Shown in pieces: positions 49,747 through 60,934 of a stretch of DNA of 64,000 nucleotides; the stretch's first letter is position 1, and the number at the start of each line of letters is the position of its first letter. Origin of the DNA: Escherichia coli (GTDB lineage Bacteria > Pseudomonadota > Gammaproteobacteria > Enterobacterales > Enterobacteriaceae); NCBI RefSeq assembly GCF_003334815.1, contig NZ_QOWO01000013.1; one strand, written 5' to 3'. The notes under the pieces were generated by a model that searched no databases, was not told the DNA's origin, and saw only the letters and a list, made by a program, of their open reading frames with translations. Position numbers and translations under genes: made by a program.

Positions 49747-50519
49747 GCGTTTTTCTCCCTCGAATGCTCATTATGCTCACCGGGCAGGCGGGTAATCCGT
49801 GCGTGGCGAGCCTGATCTTCATCGAATCGTTTCATGGTGGTGTGAACAAAACTAAGGTGCGCCATCATTGCTTTACGCGCCCCGTCAGCATCACCGGCAA
49901 AAATGGCGTCAATGACAGCCTGATGTTGTTCGGTCAGTTGTGAAAAAACCGGTGGCACCAGATACATCCGCTGACGGCTATGCTTCACTGAGGATTGCAG
50001 GACATCGAAGAAACCGCGCATGGTTTGCAGCAGCACGATGTTATGTGAGGCTTCGGCAATCGCCAGATGAAAACGAACGTCCGCTTGTGAGGCGATATCC
50101 GGGTCTTCACTTAGCGTTGCTTCAAAGCAAAGCTGAATCTTTTCTTTGTCGCCAGGTGTGGCGCGCATTGCCGCATGCCATGCGGTGCTGGCTTCAATGG
50201 CGTAGCGGGCTTCCAGAATATCGAAACTGTAATCCGGATCATCGGCCATCAGTGTTTTTAGCGGCTGGACGATGTTTTGCTCCGACCATGTGTCATGACG
50301 CCAGCGAATAAACGTCCCGCCGCCGCGTCGACTGAGCAGCACGCCTTCACTCACCAGTTTTGCCAGCGCCTCGCGCAGTGAATTACGTGATACGCCGAGT
50401 TGCATCGCCAGTTGGCGCTCAGCGGGCAACTTCATGCCCGCTTCCAGGTTTTTTTCATCAATCAGCGCCCGCACACGATCGGCAACCTCGTCTGACAGGC
50501 GTCTGGGTAAAACAATCAT
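49743..50519 (-). CDS. lldR: GntR-family lactate operon regulator LldR
   Basis: ORF track 49743..50534; ATG 50519 gives 258 aa and overlaps the lldP stop. Confidence 0.9.
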
Positions 50520-52174
50520 TAAGGAATCATCCACGTTAAGACATAAGCCTGAAGCGTGGTGATCACGCCCACTATACAGGTGAAGATCAGGCTGTGTTTG
50601 ACAGTAAAGCGGAACAAATCAGACTCTTTGCCCACCAGGCCTACCGCCGCACAGGCGATAGCGATAGATTGCGGGGAGATCATCTTACCGGTGACGCCAC
50701 CGGTGGTATTGGCGGCAACCAGCAACAGATCAGAGACGCCAATTTGTTGTGCTGCGGTGGCTTGCAGCGCGGCGAACAGGGCGTTAGATGAGGTATCCGA
50801 CCCGGTCAGGAATACCCCCAGCCAGCCGAGGAACGGCGAGAAGAAGGTGAATGCATGACCGGTGTGCGCCAGTGCCAGCGCCAGTGTTGATGACAGTCCG
50901 GAATAGTTCGAAATAAAGGCGAATGCCAGCACCATACCGATGGAGTAGATGGGCAGAGCCAGTTCTTTCAGCGTGCTGCCGAAGGTGCTGATAGCGTCAG
51001 ACGGTTTCATCTTCAGCCAGACAATCGAGAGCAGTGCAGCAAACAGAATGGCGGTGCCGGTGGCAGAGAACCAGTCAAACTTAAACACGGCGGCATAGGC
51101 TGTAGCCTCGCTGACCACTGGCGGCATACGGGCAACCAGTTTATCGAGGTACGGCACCGGAATATTGATCACCCACTCATACAGCGCGCCACCCGATGCG
51201 AACAGGGCTTTAAACGGCGGGATACTCCACAGTGTTACGGTAGCTGTCAGGAACAGGAACGGTGTCCAGGCACGTAACACCTGACCCGCAGTGTAACCGG
51301 TGTGGGCCAGCGTCATATCAACCTGTGACGCCCCCAAATCACCAAAACGGAATACACGCACTGGCTGCCAGCGTTTGAGGAACAGCGTCAGGCAGAGCAG
51401 TGATACCAGCGAAGAGATAATGTCCGGCAGCTCCGGCCCAATGAAGTTAGAGCTAAGGTACTGAGCGATGGCAAACGAGCCGCCCGCAACCACGACCGCA
51501 GGCCACGTCTCTTTGATACCGCGCCAGCCGTCCATAATCGCCATGATCCAGAACAGCACGATAATGGTCATAAACGGTAGCTGCCGCCCCACCATCTGAC
51601 CAATCTCAAAGCTGTCGATACCTGTTACCTGTCCGGCAACCAGGATTGGAATGCCCATCGCACCAAATGCCACTGGCGCGGTGTTAACAATCAGGCACAG
51701 CCCGGCGGCGTACAGCGGTTTAAAACCCAGGCCGACCAGCAATGCGGCGGTAATTGCTACCGGTGCGCCAAAGCCTGCGGCTCCTTCAAGGAACGCGCCG
51801 AAACAGAAACCGACGATCAGCATTTGCAGACGCTGGTCAGGGGTTATCGAAAGAATAGACGAGCGAATGATGTCAAACTGCCCGGTTTTCACCGAGATCT
51901 TATAGACGAACACCGCTGCAATAATGATCCACGCGATGGGCCACAACCCGTAGAAGAAACCATAAACCACCGAGGCCAGCGCGTTAGCGACCGGCATTTT
52001 ATAGAACAGCAAAGCCACGGCAAGGGCGATTGCCACCGTCCACGAGGCGGCGACGTATCCTTTCAGTTTGAGCTTAATCAGCGCAAAGAAGAAAAACAGG
52101 ATGGGAAGCGATGCTATCAGACTGGAAAGCCAGATATTCCCGGCGGGATCGTAGTTTTGTTGCCAGAGATTCAT
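50519..52174 (-). CDS. lldP: L-lactate permease
   Basis: ORF track 50519..52201; conserved start [13 protein letters not shown] at ATG 52174 (551 aa). Confidence 0.92.
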   Translation of the reverse strand: MNLWQQNYDPAGNIWLSSLIASLPILFFFFALIKLKLKGYVAASWTVAIALAVALLFYKMPVANALASVVYGFFYGLWPIAWIIIAAVFVYKISVKTGQFDIIRSSILSITPDQRLQMLIVGFCFGAFLEGAAGFGAPVAITAALLVGLGFKPLYAAGLCLIVNTAPVAFGAMGIPILVAGQVTGIDSFEIGQMVGRQLPFMTIIVLFWIMAIMDGWRGIKETWPAVVVAGGSFAIAQYLSSNFIGPELPDIISSLVSLLCLTLFLKRWQPVRVFRFGDLGASQVDMTLAHTGYTAGQVLRAWTPFLFLTATVTLWSIPPFKALFASGGALYEWVINIPVPYLDKLVARMPPVVSEATAYAAVFKFDWFSATGTAILFAALLSIVWLKMKPSDAISTFGSTLKELALPIYSIGMVLAFAFISNYSGLSSTLALALAHTGHAFTFFSPFLGWLGVFLTGSDTSSNALFAALQATAAQQIGVSDLLLVAANTTGGVTGKMISPQSIAIACAAVGLVGKESDLFRFTVKHSLIFTCIVGVITTLQAYVLTWMIP

Positions 52175-52475
52175 TGCAGGTCTCCTGGAGTCCACGCACA
52201 TCGTGTAATGAGTCTGTTGCTCATCTCCTTGTCACACGTTGTGTAAAAGTGGCACTGCCAATTGTGTTGTGTAGGGATAATGACAATGAATGGTTAACTA
52301 AATGTTATGTATTGGCAACATTGATGTGAGTTTTAATTGGGAAATTGTGAACCAGAGGTCAGATAAGCGAAGAATTGGTAGGGCCAATTCTTGTGGGGGG
52401 AGATGTCTGGTAAAGAAAAGGGCAATCCTCATCAGAGAATTGCCCTTAGGTTGTTGATCCAGAGCGCCTTATCTT

Positions 52476-52509
52476 GCCGGATGCGGCGTGAACACCTTAC
52501 TCGGCCTAT
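52476..52509. repeat. REP element
   Basis: GCCGGATGCGGCGTGAACACCTTACTCGGCCTAT close to the REP consensus; downstream of yibL. Confidence 0.6.
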
Positions 52510-52545
52510 AGGAATGTGCAGAATCACCCTGTAGATACTGTGTTC

Positions 52546-52908
52546 TTAAAACGCGGTCTTTGAAAACCCAGTCATCTCCTGCAGGCCCATTTCGCGGCCC
52601 AGTGCGGTCATTGGGTGCACAACGACCAGTCCGCGAACACTTTTCTTCAGCTTGCCCATATCAGCCTGCTCTTTTTTGGTAATTGCGCGCTGGAATGGCA
52701 TCTTCATCAGCTTCTGTGCTTCTTTACTCAGTTTTTGGCTATGAACTTCACGCAGGCGAGCAATTTCTGCTTCCAGCGTGGCTTTCTCTTTTTCCAGCTC
52801 GGCATATTTGTCTGCGGCTTCAACCAGCGAAAGATCGGCCTGCTGGTGGCGGATGGCGTCCAGGCGATCGCTGAGACGTTTGATTTCGTTTTTTTCGACT
52901 TCTTTCAT
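52546..52908 (-). CDS. yibL: uncharacterised protein YibL
   Basis: ORF track 120 aa. Confidence 0.82.
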
Positions 52909-53192
52909 GTGATGGCTTCTGATAAAGATAAATTTATAGCCCCTAGTATGCGCGACCAGGTGCTTTGTTCACAACTAATGACATTGTAATAGTTCTGTAA
53001 CGTAATCATTAACATGCTCAAAAACTACGCAATTCGTTGATTAATTAAGAAATCTATAGAAAAAAGATAATAAACAGCAGCGGATGATTATTGAGGATTC
53101 AGCACGTTTTCCTTAATGTCATCTTTACCGGGAACCTAAACTAAAATTGGCGGCCGCGCATTCCCGGCGCGGGGTAATACGGAGATATCATC

Positions 53193-53402
53193 ATGGGCAA
53201 ATTAGGTGAAAACGTTCCGCTTCTTATCGATAAAGCCGTAGATTTCATGGCATCAAGCCAGGCGTTCCGGGAGTATCTGAAAAAACTTCCTCCCCGTAAC
53301 GCGATTCCGTCCGGAATACCCGATGAAAGCGTGCCGTTATATCTACAACGTCTGGAGTATTATCGTCGGCTTTATCGGCCGAAGCAGGTAGAGGGGCAGT
53401 AA
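53193..53402 (+). CDS. yibT: small protein YibT
   Basis: ORF track 69 aa; GGAG 9 nt upstream of ATG. Confidence 0.7.
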
Positions 53403-53413
53403 GCAGACGTTGC

Positions 53414-54001
53414 TTACTTTTGAAAGGCTTTTTTTAAGCTGATTTTGGAAATCAGCTCAGTCAGTGAAAGGACCATTGTTGATCGCACAGCCTGTTGATA
53501 GCGCTGAATTTGCATTGCATACAAACTGGAGTCTGCTGGTTCAAACTGTGGCGGCGGTGGTAACGCCGCCACGCAGTGCAGTTCACCAAAGGGTCCAAGG
53601 ATTTCGTCGTCGGTAAAGGCGTACTCGTTGCCGTCGTGATTTAGCTCTTCACGCAATGCCATCAGCAGTTCCGCATCTTCGTATTCCTGGCGGTTAATGA
53701 CGCCCAACCCGTAAATGAGTTTTAAACGCACAGAAAGATCGCCCAGCGGACCATCGCCGTCGAGTAACGGTTCTACAGCATACTTCACCGCGTAATCGTC
53801 TTTGCGGAATACCTGAAGCACCAGAAGATTTACCGCCTCGGTCAGGAGCTCGACGGCGGTGATCAGAAAGCTTCGCACGGTTTTGCCAGCATTCAGACGC
53901 TCAAGCACACGGTTTTCAAAGGCCTGGGTTTGTTCCATTGTTGCCTGCATATCTGACAATCTGTTATTCGGGCGCAGGGTGTCCTGCGCCTGGTCCACCA
54001 T
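53414..54001 (-). CDS. mtlR: mannitol operon repressor MtlR
   Basis: ORF track 195 aa; start overlaps mtlD stop (TAATG). Confidence 0.9.
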   Translation of the reverse strand: MVDQAQDTLRPNNRLSDMQATMEQTQAFENRVLERLNAGKTVRSFLITAVELLTEAVNLLVLQVFRKDDYAVKYAVEPLLDGDGPLGDLSVRLKLIYGLGVINRQEYEDAELLMALREELNHDGNEYAFTDDEILGPFGELHCVAALPPPPQFEPADSSLYAMQIQRYQQAVRSTMVLSLTELISKISLKKAFQK

Positions 54002-55149
54002 TATTGCATTGCTTTATAAGCGGTTACCGCCTCGGATACAACCTCGCTGTTGGCATCAAGACCGGAAATCTGTGCCAGCGCCGCCTGCGGACCTTTGTCA
54101 GCGATCAGTGCTGCCAGTTCCTGAGCCTGCGGATCATCTTCACTGCGGAAGTGCATTGCAGCGGCAATACCTTCAATCAGGTTTTTATGTGGCAGACCAT
54201 ATTCCAGCGTACCGAGCAGTGGCTTGATCAGACGGTCGCCAGCACTCAGTTTACGCAGTGGCTGACGGCCTACGCGCTCTACATCATCTTTCAGATACGG
54301 GTTCTCAAAACGGCCGAGAATTTTCTGGATGTACGCCGCATGCTTGTCAGCGTCAAAGCCGTAGCGCTTGATCAATACTGCACCACTTTCTTCCATCGCA
54401 CCTTTTACCACCGCGCGGATTTTCTCGTCGAGAATCGCGTCACGAATGGTCTGATGACCGGCCAGTTTTCCGAGGTACGCGGTTATAGCATGACCCGTGT
54501 TCAGGGTGAAGAGTTTACGTTCGACAAATGCCATCAGGTTGTCGGTTAACTCCATGCCTGGGATGTTCGGCAGTGCGCCTTTGAACTGCGTTTTATCGAC
54601 AATCCATTCGCTGAAGGTTTCTACCGTCACTTCCAGCGGATCGTTAGTTGCCGAAGCCGAAGGCGGTACGATGCGGTCAACGGCGGAATCGACAAAGCCA
54701 ACGTGTTCTTCTACCCACGCTTTGGCGTCTTCCGGCAGGGCGTTCATCACATGGCCTTTCAGCTGCGTGGTACCGCGTACCATGTTTTCACAGGCGATGA
54801 TGTTCAGCGGGGATTCATTACCTTGTTCTTTACGTTTCACCAGCCCTTTGGCGATTGCCGGAGCAATACGTTCCAGCACAACCGGGCCAACGGCGGTAGT
54901 GACTAAATCAACCTGAGCAATCAGATCAACGACATCATCACCAATGCTGCTGACAGCATTGACGCCGGAAACGGTATCTACCTGCTCGGTTTCACCAACC
55001 ACATGTACCTGATAGCTATGACGGGCATTCAGGGCATCAAGTACCACCTGATTGACATCGGCAAACGTCAGTTGGATACCCGCGTCTGCCAGCAGTTTAC
55101 CGATAAAGCCACGACCGATATTACCTGCGCCAAAATGTAATGCTTTCAT
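54001..55149 (-). CDS. mtlD: mannitol-1-phosphate 5-dehydrogenase
   Basis: ORF track 54001..55467; conserved Rossmann start [17 protein letters not shown] at ATG 55149 (382 aa); the upstream extension in the track runs through REP repeats. Confidence 0.94.
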   Translation of the reverse strand: MKALHFGAGNIGRGFIGKLLADAGIQLTFADVNQVVLDALNARHSYQVHVVGETEQVDTVSGVNAVSSIGDDVVDLIAQVDLVTTAVGPVVLERIAPAIAKGLVKRKEQGNESPLNIIACENMVRGTTQLKGHVMNALPEDAKAWVEEHVGFVDSAVDRIVPPSASATNDPLEVTVETFSEWIVDKTQFKGALPNIPGMELTDNLMAFVERKLFTLNTGHAITAYLGKLAGHQTIRDAILDEKIRAVVKGAMEESGAVLIKRYGFDADKHAAYIQKILGRFENPYLKDDVERVGRQPLRKLSAGDRLIKPLLGTLEYGLPHKNLIEGIAAAMHFRSEDDPQAQELAALIADKGPQAALAQISGLDANSEVVSEAVTAYKAMQ

Positions 55150-55180
55150 AGTATTAACCTTCATCAATGTTTTTACCCGA

Positions 55181-55375
55181 GAGGGCTGGGGTGAGGCTTT
55201 TCCCTCACCCAAACCCTCTCCGTGAGGAGAGGGGCAGCGCCGGATGCGGCGTAAGCGCCTTATCCGGCCTACAAGAACGTGCAAATTCAACAAATTGTGA
55301 TGCATCCTGTAGGCCTGATAAGCGTAGCGCATCAGGCAATTAACCCCACCTTCTCCATGTGGAGAGGGTGGGATT
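55181..55375. repeat. BIME-like cluster: CCCTC/GAGGG hairpins flanking two inverted REP elements
   Basis: hairpin about 55201-55234, REP 55241-55273, inverted REP 55305-55337, hairpin about 55346-55372; between mtlA stop and mtlD start. Confidence 0.7.
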
Positions 55376-55378
55376 GGA

Positions 55379-57292
55379 TTACTTACGACCTGCCAGCAGT
55401 TCCAGCACTTCATCCACGCTGGTGGTGTGTGCCAGACGCTCGATGACGGACTCATCATCCAGTGCATTGGTCAGGCTGGTGATAACCTGAATGTGCTCGT
55501 TGTTACGGGCAGCAATACCAATCACCAGACGGGCAATGTCATCTTCTTCTTCACCGAAGCGCACGCCTTCCGGGTACTGGCAGAACACGACGCCCGTTTT
55601 CAGTACGCGATCTTTCGCTTCAACCGTACCGTGTGGCACCGCGATAGACTCACCCAGATAAGTCGGGGTCAGTTTTTCACGATCCAGCATCGCCTGAACG
55701 TATTCCGGCTCAACGTAACCGCCTTTCACCAGCTGCTCGCCAGCAAAACGAATCGCTTCTTCTTTGGTTGCCGCTTTGCGACCGAGGAAGATGTTCTCCG
55801 CGCCTAGCTTGAACAGGTTAGCACTGGAATCGTCAAAGCTGTCTTTCAGGCTGTCTTTTACTTTCTCTTCGTTTGCCGTGTGGCGTTGGGCAGCAACCAG
55901 ACGTTCGGTCAGGCTGGTGTACAGGCCGCTGTCGAGGAAGTTGGTCAGCGAAATATGCTGTGCCTGCGGAACCTGGCGCATAGCGCGTTCGGTCAGGTCA
56001 CGGTGAGTGATGACGAGGTCCACATCTGGCGGCAGGTTGTTGATCGCGCTGTTAGTAACAGAAATCTGCGACAGACCTGCATCCTGAATTTTCTTACGCA
56101 GAACGCCTGCGCCCATCGCACTGGAACCCATACCGGCGTCACAGGCAACGATGATTTTACGTACGTGGCTCAGGTCGTTAGTCACATCGCCAGCAGACAG
56201 CGGAGATGCGCCTTTAGACTCAGCTTTCATGTCCTGCATACGACGAGTTGCTGCTTCAATATCATCTTCTTCTTTCACTTTGCTGGTTTTCAGCAAAATA
56301 GCAGAGACAACGAAGGAGACAGCCATCGCCGCACACACACCCGCGATGTTAGCGAAGTAAGCACCTTTTGGTGTCATCGCCAGTACAGCAAGGATAGAAC
56401 CCGGAGATGCCGGAGAAACCAGACCACCGCCCAGGATAGTCAGCGTGAACACGCCAGTCATACCGCCGAGGATGACTGCGAGGATCAGACGCGGATTCAT
56501 CAGCACATACGGGAAGTAGATTTCGTGGATACCCCCCAGGAAGTGGATGATTGCCGCACCGCCCGCAGACTGTTTAGCGCTACCACGACCAAAGAACATG
56601 TACGCCAGCAGCACGCCCATACCTGGACCTGGGTTAGCTTCAATCAGGAAGAAGATTGATTTACCCAGTTCATGGGACTGCTGAATACCCAGCGGCGAGA
56701 AGATACCGTGGTTAATGGCGTTGTTGAGGAACAGGATTTTCGCCGGTTCAACAAAGATAGACGCCAGCGGCAGCATGTCATGGACAACCATGAAGTTAAC
56801 GCCCGCAGCCAGCATTTTGGACAGGGCTTCAACAATCGGGCCAATGCCGAGGAATGCCAGAATAGCGAGGATCATCCCGATGATGCCTGCGGAGAAGTTA
56901 TTCACCAGCATCTCAAAACCGGATTTGATCTTACCGTCTACCCAGCGGTCGAAGTGCTTAATGCACCAGCCGCCCAGCGGACCTGCAATCATAGAACCGA
57001 GGAACATCGGCATGTCTGCGCCGACGATAACGCCCATGGTGGTGATGGCACCGACTACGCCGCCACGTTCGCCGCCTACCAGCTTACCACCGGTATAACC
57101 GATCAGCAGCGGCAGGAGATAAGTGATCATCGGCCCGACCAGCTTCGCCAGCGTCTCGTTCGGTAACCACCCTGTTGGAATAAATAACGCGGTGATGATA
57201 CCCCACGCGATAAACGCGCCGATATTTGGCATCACCATGTTGCTGAGGAAACGACCAAAGCTTTGCACTTTGATCTTAATATCGGATGACAT
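55379..57292 (-). CDS. mtlA: PTS mannitol-specific EIICBA
   Basis: ORF track 637 aa [27 protein letters not shown]... Confidence 0.95.
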   Translation of the reverse strand: MSSDIKIKVQSFGRFLSNMVMPNIGAFIAWGIITALFIPTGWLPNETLAKLVGPMITYLLPLLIGYTGGKLVGGERGGVVGAITTMGVIVGADMPMFLGSMIAGPLGGWCIKHFDRWVDGKIKSGFEMLVNNFSAGIIGMILAILAFLGIGPIVEALSKMLAAGVNFMVVHDMLPLASIFVEPAKILFLNNAINHGIFSPLGIQQSHELGKSIFFLIEANPGPGMGVLLAYMFFGRGSAKQSAGGAAIIHFLGGIHEIYFPYVLMNPRLILAVILGGMTGVFTLTILGGGLVSPASPGSILAVLAMTPKGAYFANIAGVCAAMAVSFVVSAILLKTSKVKEEDDIEAATRRMQDMKAESKGASPLSAGDVTNDLSHVRKIIVACDAGMGSSAMGAGVLRKKIQDAGLSQISVTNSAINNLPPDVDLVITHRDLTERAMRQVPQAQHISLTNFLDSGLYTSLTERLVAAQRHTANEEKVKDSLKDSFDDSSANLFKLGAENIFLGRKAATKEEAIRFAGEQLVKGGYVEPEYVQAMLDREKLTPTYLGESIAVPHGTVEAKDRVLKTGVVFCQYPEGVRFGEEEDDIARLVIGIAARNNEHIQVITSLTNALDDESVIERLAHTTSVDEVLELLAGRK

Positions 57293-57435
57293 AAAAACAC
57301 CCCTTCTTATGTTTGCTGTCGCGCAGGCTGGAAGCCCGAGGTTTTTTGTTAATGTGGCGGCAGAGGTAGCCGGACCTTGTAGATACTGCGAAATCTGGCA
57401 CTGAATCGGTTAACTGTCCAGTCGACGGCCTTTTG

Positions 57436-57612
57436 TGTGATATCAATCACATAAATATAGGGGGTAGAGAGGTAATTGACGTGACGTTCATCACAAAACG
57501 CTTGTGTAAAAAAGCAACAAGGCGGCGATTTTCGCTAAAAATGGCATTTAAATGTGAGTAGTGTCACATTTTTGTTTTGATGGTTTGTTGAATCTTTGTG
57601 ATCTGAATCACA
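57436..57612. promoter_or_regulatory. mtl operon control region with four CRP-type sites
   Basis: TGTGA-N6-TCACA at 57436-57451, 57553-57568 and 57597-57612 (perfect half-sites) and cGTGA-N6-TCACA at 57480-57495; 144-320 bp upstream of mtlA start. Confidence 0.65.
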
Positions 57613-57828
57613 AGATATTTTCTTACGGCGTTCACCTGATGTGATCTACAGCATGTTATGCCTTCGTCATACAATCGTTATGTAACTAAGCAACTCATCA
57701 CCTCTAAAAATTATTCTTTGGTGTTATGGCGAGAATCGCGAACCCGGATTATTGTCAAAATATCAGCCTGACTCCCTTCTGGCTGCCAGCCCAAAAACAA
57801 CACTGATAAACGTGAATCCGAGGCAGAT

Positions 57829-58191
57829 ATGTTTCTAAACTATTTCGCGTTGGGAGTGCTGATCTTCGTCTTTCTGGTGATTTTTTATGGAATCATCGCG
57901 ATACATGACATCCCTTATCTGATTGCCAAAAAGCGCAACCATCCCCATGCCGACGCTATTCATACGGCGGGCTGGGTGAGCCTGTTTACTCTGCATGTTA
58001 TCTGGCCGTTTCTGTGGATCTGGGCGACGCTCTATCAACCGGAGCGTGGCTGGGGTATGCAGTCACATGTTGCGTCGCAGGAGAAAGCGACTGACCCGGA
58101 AATCGCCGCACTTTCTGACCGAATTTCCCGGCTGGAGCATCAACTCGCCGCCGAGAAAAAGACTGACTATTCCACGTTCCCGGAGATCTAA
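57829..58191 (+). CDS. yibI: small inner-membrane protein YibI
   Basis: ORF track 120 aa; two hydrophobic segments then a charged C-terminal tail. Confidence 0.82.
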   Translation: MFLNYFALGVLIFVFLVIFYGIIAIHDIPYLIAKKRNHPHADAIHTAGWVSLFTLHVIWPFLWIWATLYQPERGWGMQSHVASQEKATDPEIAALSDRISRLEHQLAAEKKTDYSTFPEI

Positions 58192-58193
58192 TT

Positions 58194-59330
58194 ATGGATC
58201 TATTGATTGTTTTAACTTACGTGGCGCTGGCGTGGGCGGTCTTTAAAATCTTCCGCATTCCGGTAAATCAGTGGACGCTGGCGACGGCGGCGCTGGGAGG
58301 CGTGTTTCTGGTGAGTGGTTTGATTTTGTTGATGAACTACAACCACCCTTACACTTTTACCGCGCAAAAGGCAGTGATAGCGATCCCTATCACGCCACAG
58401 GTGACGGGAATTGTTACTGAAGTCACTGACAAGAATAATCAGCTTATTCAAAAGGGCGAGGTGCTTTTTAAGCTCGACCCGGTTCGTTACCAGGCGCGAG
58501 TTGACAGACTTCAGGCTGACCTGATGACGGCGACGCATAATATAAAGACGCTGCGTGCGCAGCTCACTGAAGCGCAGGCCAACACCACCCAGGTTTCAGC
58601 GGAGCGCGACCGTCTGTTTAAAAATTATCAACGTTACTTGAAAGGCAGCCAGGCGGCGGTGAATCCGTTCTCGGAACGTGACATCGACGATGCGCGGCAA
58701 AATTTCCTCGCGCAGGATGCGCTGGTGAAAGGCTCGGTGGCGGAGCAGGCGCAGATCCAGAGCCAGCTCGACAGTATGGTTAACGGCGAGCAATCGCAGA
58801 TTGTGAGCTTAAGAGCGCAACTTACTGAAGCAAAATATAACCTTGAGCAGACTGTCATTCGCGCGCCGAGCAATGGCTACGTTACTCAGGTACTGATCCG
58901 CCCAGGTACATACGCAGCTGCCTTGCCGCTGCGTCCGGTGATGGTCTTCATCCCCGAGCAAAAACGGCAAATTGTCGCCCAATTTCGGCAAAACTCGCTG
59001 TTACGTCTGAAACCCGGCGATGATGCGGAAGTGGTGTTTAACGCGCTACCTGGGCAGGTGTTTCACGGCAAACTGACTAGTATTTTACCTGTCGTGCCAG
59101 GCGGTTCTTATCAGGCGCAGGGGGTATTGCAATCATTAACGGTCGTGCCCGGCACGGACGGTGTGCTGGGAACCATTGAACTGGACCCTAACGATGATAT
59201 CGATGCCTTACCCGACGGCATCTACGCCCAGGTGGCGGTTTACTCCGACCATTTCAGCCATGTTTCGGTGATGCGGAAAGTGCTGCTAAGAATGACCAGC
59301 TGGATGCATTATCTTTATTTGGATCATTGA
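58194..59330 (+). CDS. yibH: HlyD-family membrane fusion protein YibH
   Basis: ORF track 378 aa; N-terminal TM, long coiled coil, beta-rich C-terminus; 2 nt after yibI. Confidence 0.85.
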   Translation: MDLLIVLTYVALAWAVFKIFRIPVNQWTLATAALGGVFLVSGLILLMNYNHPYTFTAQKAVIAIPITPQVTGIVTEVTDKNNQLIQKGEVLFKLDPVRYQARVDRLQADLMTATHNIKTLRAQLTEAQANTTQVSAERDRLFKNYQRYLKGSQAAVNPFSERDIDDARQNFLAQDALVKGSVAEQAQIQSQLDSMVNGEQSQIVSLRAQLTEAKYNLEQTVIRAPSNGYVTQVLIRPGTYAAALPLRPVMVFIPEQKRQIVAQFRQNSLLRLKPGDDAEVVFNALPGQVFHGKLTSILPVVPGGSYQAQGVLQSLTVVPGTDGVLGTIELDPNDDIDALPDGIYAQVAVYSDHFSHVSVMRKVLLRMTSWMHYLYLDH

Positions 59331-59892
59331 GGGGGAGGGGGGAGATTATGGAACTTTGCTCCTTGTAAGGACTAATTATTTTTGCATATTACTTCATTAG
59401 CTGCGATGATTTTTCTTTAATATTCATTATGTTAATAAGTTCTGGATGAGTGTGCTCTCATTGGATTTTTTATCCGTCTTGTTCTGCCGCAGGATGAGAC
59501 TATACATCGTCGAGATCGCAATGATGATATGAGTTGTTCCTCCTGCGACGGCTCTAATCAAAAAAGAGCAGGAGTGCTTTTCCATCTATTGCGATGATGG
59601 CTTTATTATCTGAAGGATGACAGTCACATTTAAAAAATATTTAATCTATAGATCACAATGTAGGGTCATGGAATATATGTATACAACTATTTTCTTCTTC
59701 ACTTTTAATTATCGTATTCATTATAAAACTAAGTTAAAAAAACTCCTGGAGAGTGAGTTATTAATATATTTTTAAATAAAATTAAGTTATCATTCATCGA
59801 TGCACTTTATAGAATCATCAATGGCCATAATAGTACTATTAACTCTCAATTTTATATTTTTATCATCACTACAAATATTAACTGAATTTATA

Positions 59893-60228
59893 TCAATGAT
59901 TTTTTTTATTCTTATCTTTTATTTTATTTACTGTTTCAATGCAATCAGCGGCAAGTTGGAGTGGATTTAGATTTTTCAGATATGGTCTTATGATCTTTCC
60001 CTTACTTAATAAATAGCATGTATAGGATTCGGAAAGTCCAGCATCTATTTTGTACCTCATTATATTAGATAAGGATGTGAGAAATTCCTTGTTATCATTC
60101 GCAGCCATATATGCCAGTCCGAGTTCAGCCTCTGCGGCCTTACAGGCAAAATAGCTTAGTGAACACGCTTTTCGTCCCTCTTTAGTACTGGCTGATATTA
60201 GTGCCCATAATATTGCTTTGTCTGCCAA
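59893..60228 (-). CDS. hypothetical 111-aa ORF at the distal end of the rhs accessory array (possible orphan immunity gene)
   Basis: ORF track only; track start is a TTG and the first ATG is internal; AT-rich; no recognisable motif. Confidence 0.35.
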   Translation of the reverse strand: MADKAILWALISASTKEGRKACSLSYFACKAAEAELGLAYMAANDNKEFLTSLSNIMRYKIDAGLSESYTCYLLSKGKIIRPYLKNLNPLQLAADCIETVNKIKDKNKKNH

Positions 60229-60316
60229 ATCTAACTCTCTCTGAAATTGTCTTGCAGTAACTGCACTCGCAGAAATAGAGAAAAAAATACAATTGTTAAT
60301 AACCTTGCCATATTTT

Positions 60317-60610
60317 TTAGTCCGTAACTGTTAATGTGCTATCTGGCTCTGAAAATATTAACTCATTTAATTTTTGCATGTCATTAGATAAACCAGTTAT
60401 ACAACCCTCGGAACAGAATCGAGGTCCTAAAGACGGACCAAAAGCGTTTAAACAACTATGTATTGAAAATCCATTGCGATTATAAGTTCCTGTATTAACT
60501 GACGGTACTAATCGTATGCCGTCAGGTTTTCTATTGCTTGCTCCCGGGTCATTAACATTCCAACTCCATAGGCCTTGAGGTATTGGCCATCTATTTATAA
60601 ATGTGTACAA
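60317..60610 (-). pseudogene. probable remnant of an orphan Rhs C-terminal toxin tip
   Basis: ORF track 97 aa starting at TTG; lies directly downstream of the degenerate rhs core-end fragment but in a different frame. Confidence 0.35.
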
Positions 60611-60744
60611 CGGGGATTATTTTTACATTGCATATTATTACCAGAAGCGACTGGAATACTAAGCACATCATAAAAATTATCATCACATGGTATATCTGAA
60701 ACACACGAAAGCATACCTAAAGTTATGCTGTATAAACAGGTGGC

Positions 60745-60925
60745 TAATCCCAAGGGGATCGATTCCAGAAATCGGGTTCAACGGATACTGATAAAAATTC
60801 CACCTACCTTCCAGCCCAATCGGAGCCTGAGTGTTATACCGCCCCTGCTGCGGTTAATGTTACCGATAATAGTTATAGTACAGCCCTGATTCATCATCAT
60901 ACTACTGCTGCGGCAGTCTGATGAA
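60745..60925 (-). pseudogene. degenerate Rhs core C-terminal fragment with in-frame stops
   Basis: Reverse translation gives [54 protein letters not shown], a decayed copy of the rhs core end ([20 protein letters not shown]...[24 protein letters not shown]). Confidence 0.6.
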
Positions 60926-60934
60926 CTATTGCTT

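Noticed and set aside
48359-55378. REP/BIME palindrome clusters as a possible CRISPR array
   Set aside because: Only two to four imperfect palindromes per site, no regular repeat-spacer periodicity, and no cas genes anywhere in the window
55150-55467. N-terminal extensions in the ORF track (mtlD 488 aa, gpmM 562 aa, coaBC 430 aa, coaD 215 aa, slmA, yicG, gmk, lldR, lldP and others)
   Set aside because: Internal ATGs match the conserved N-termini of these proteins. The extensions run through REP repeats or into upstream genes and mostly begin at GTG or TTG without a ribosome-binding site
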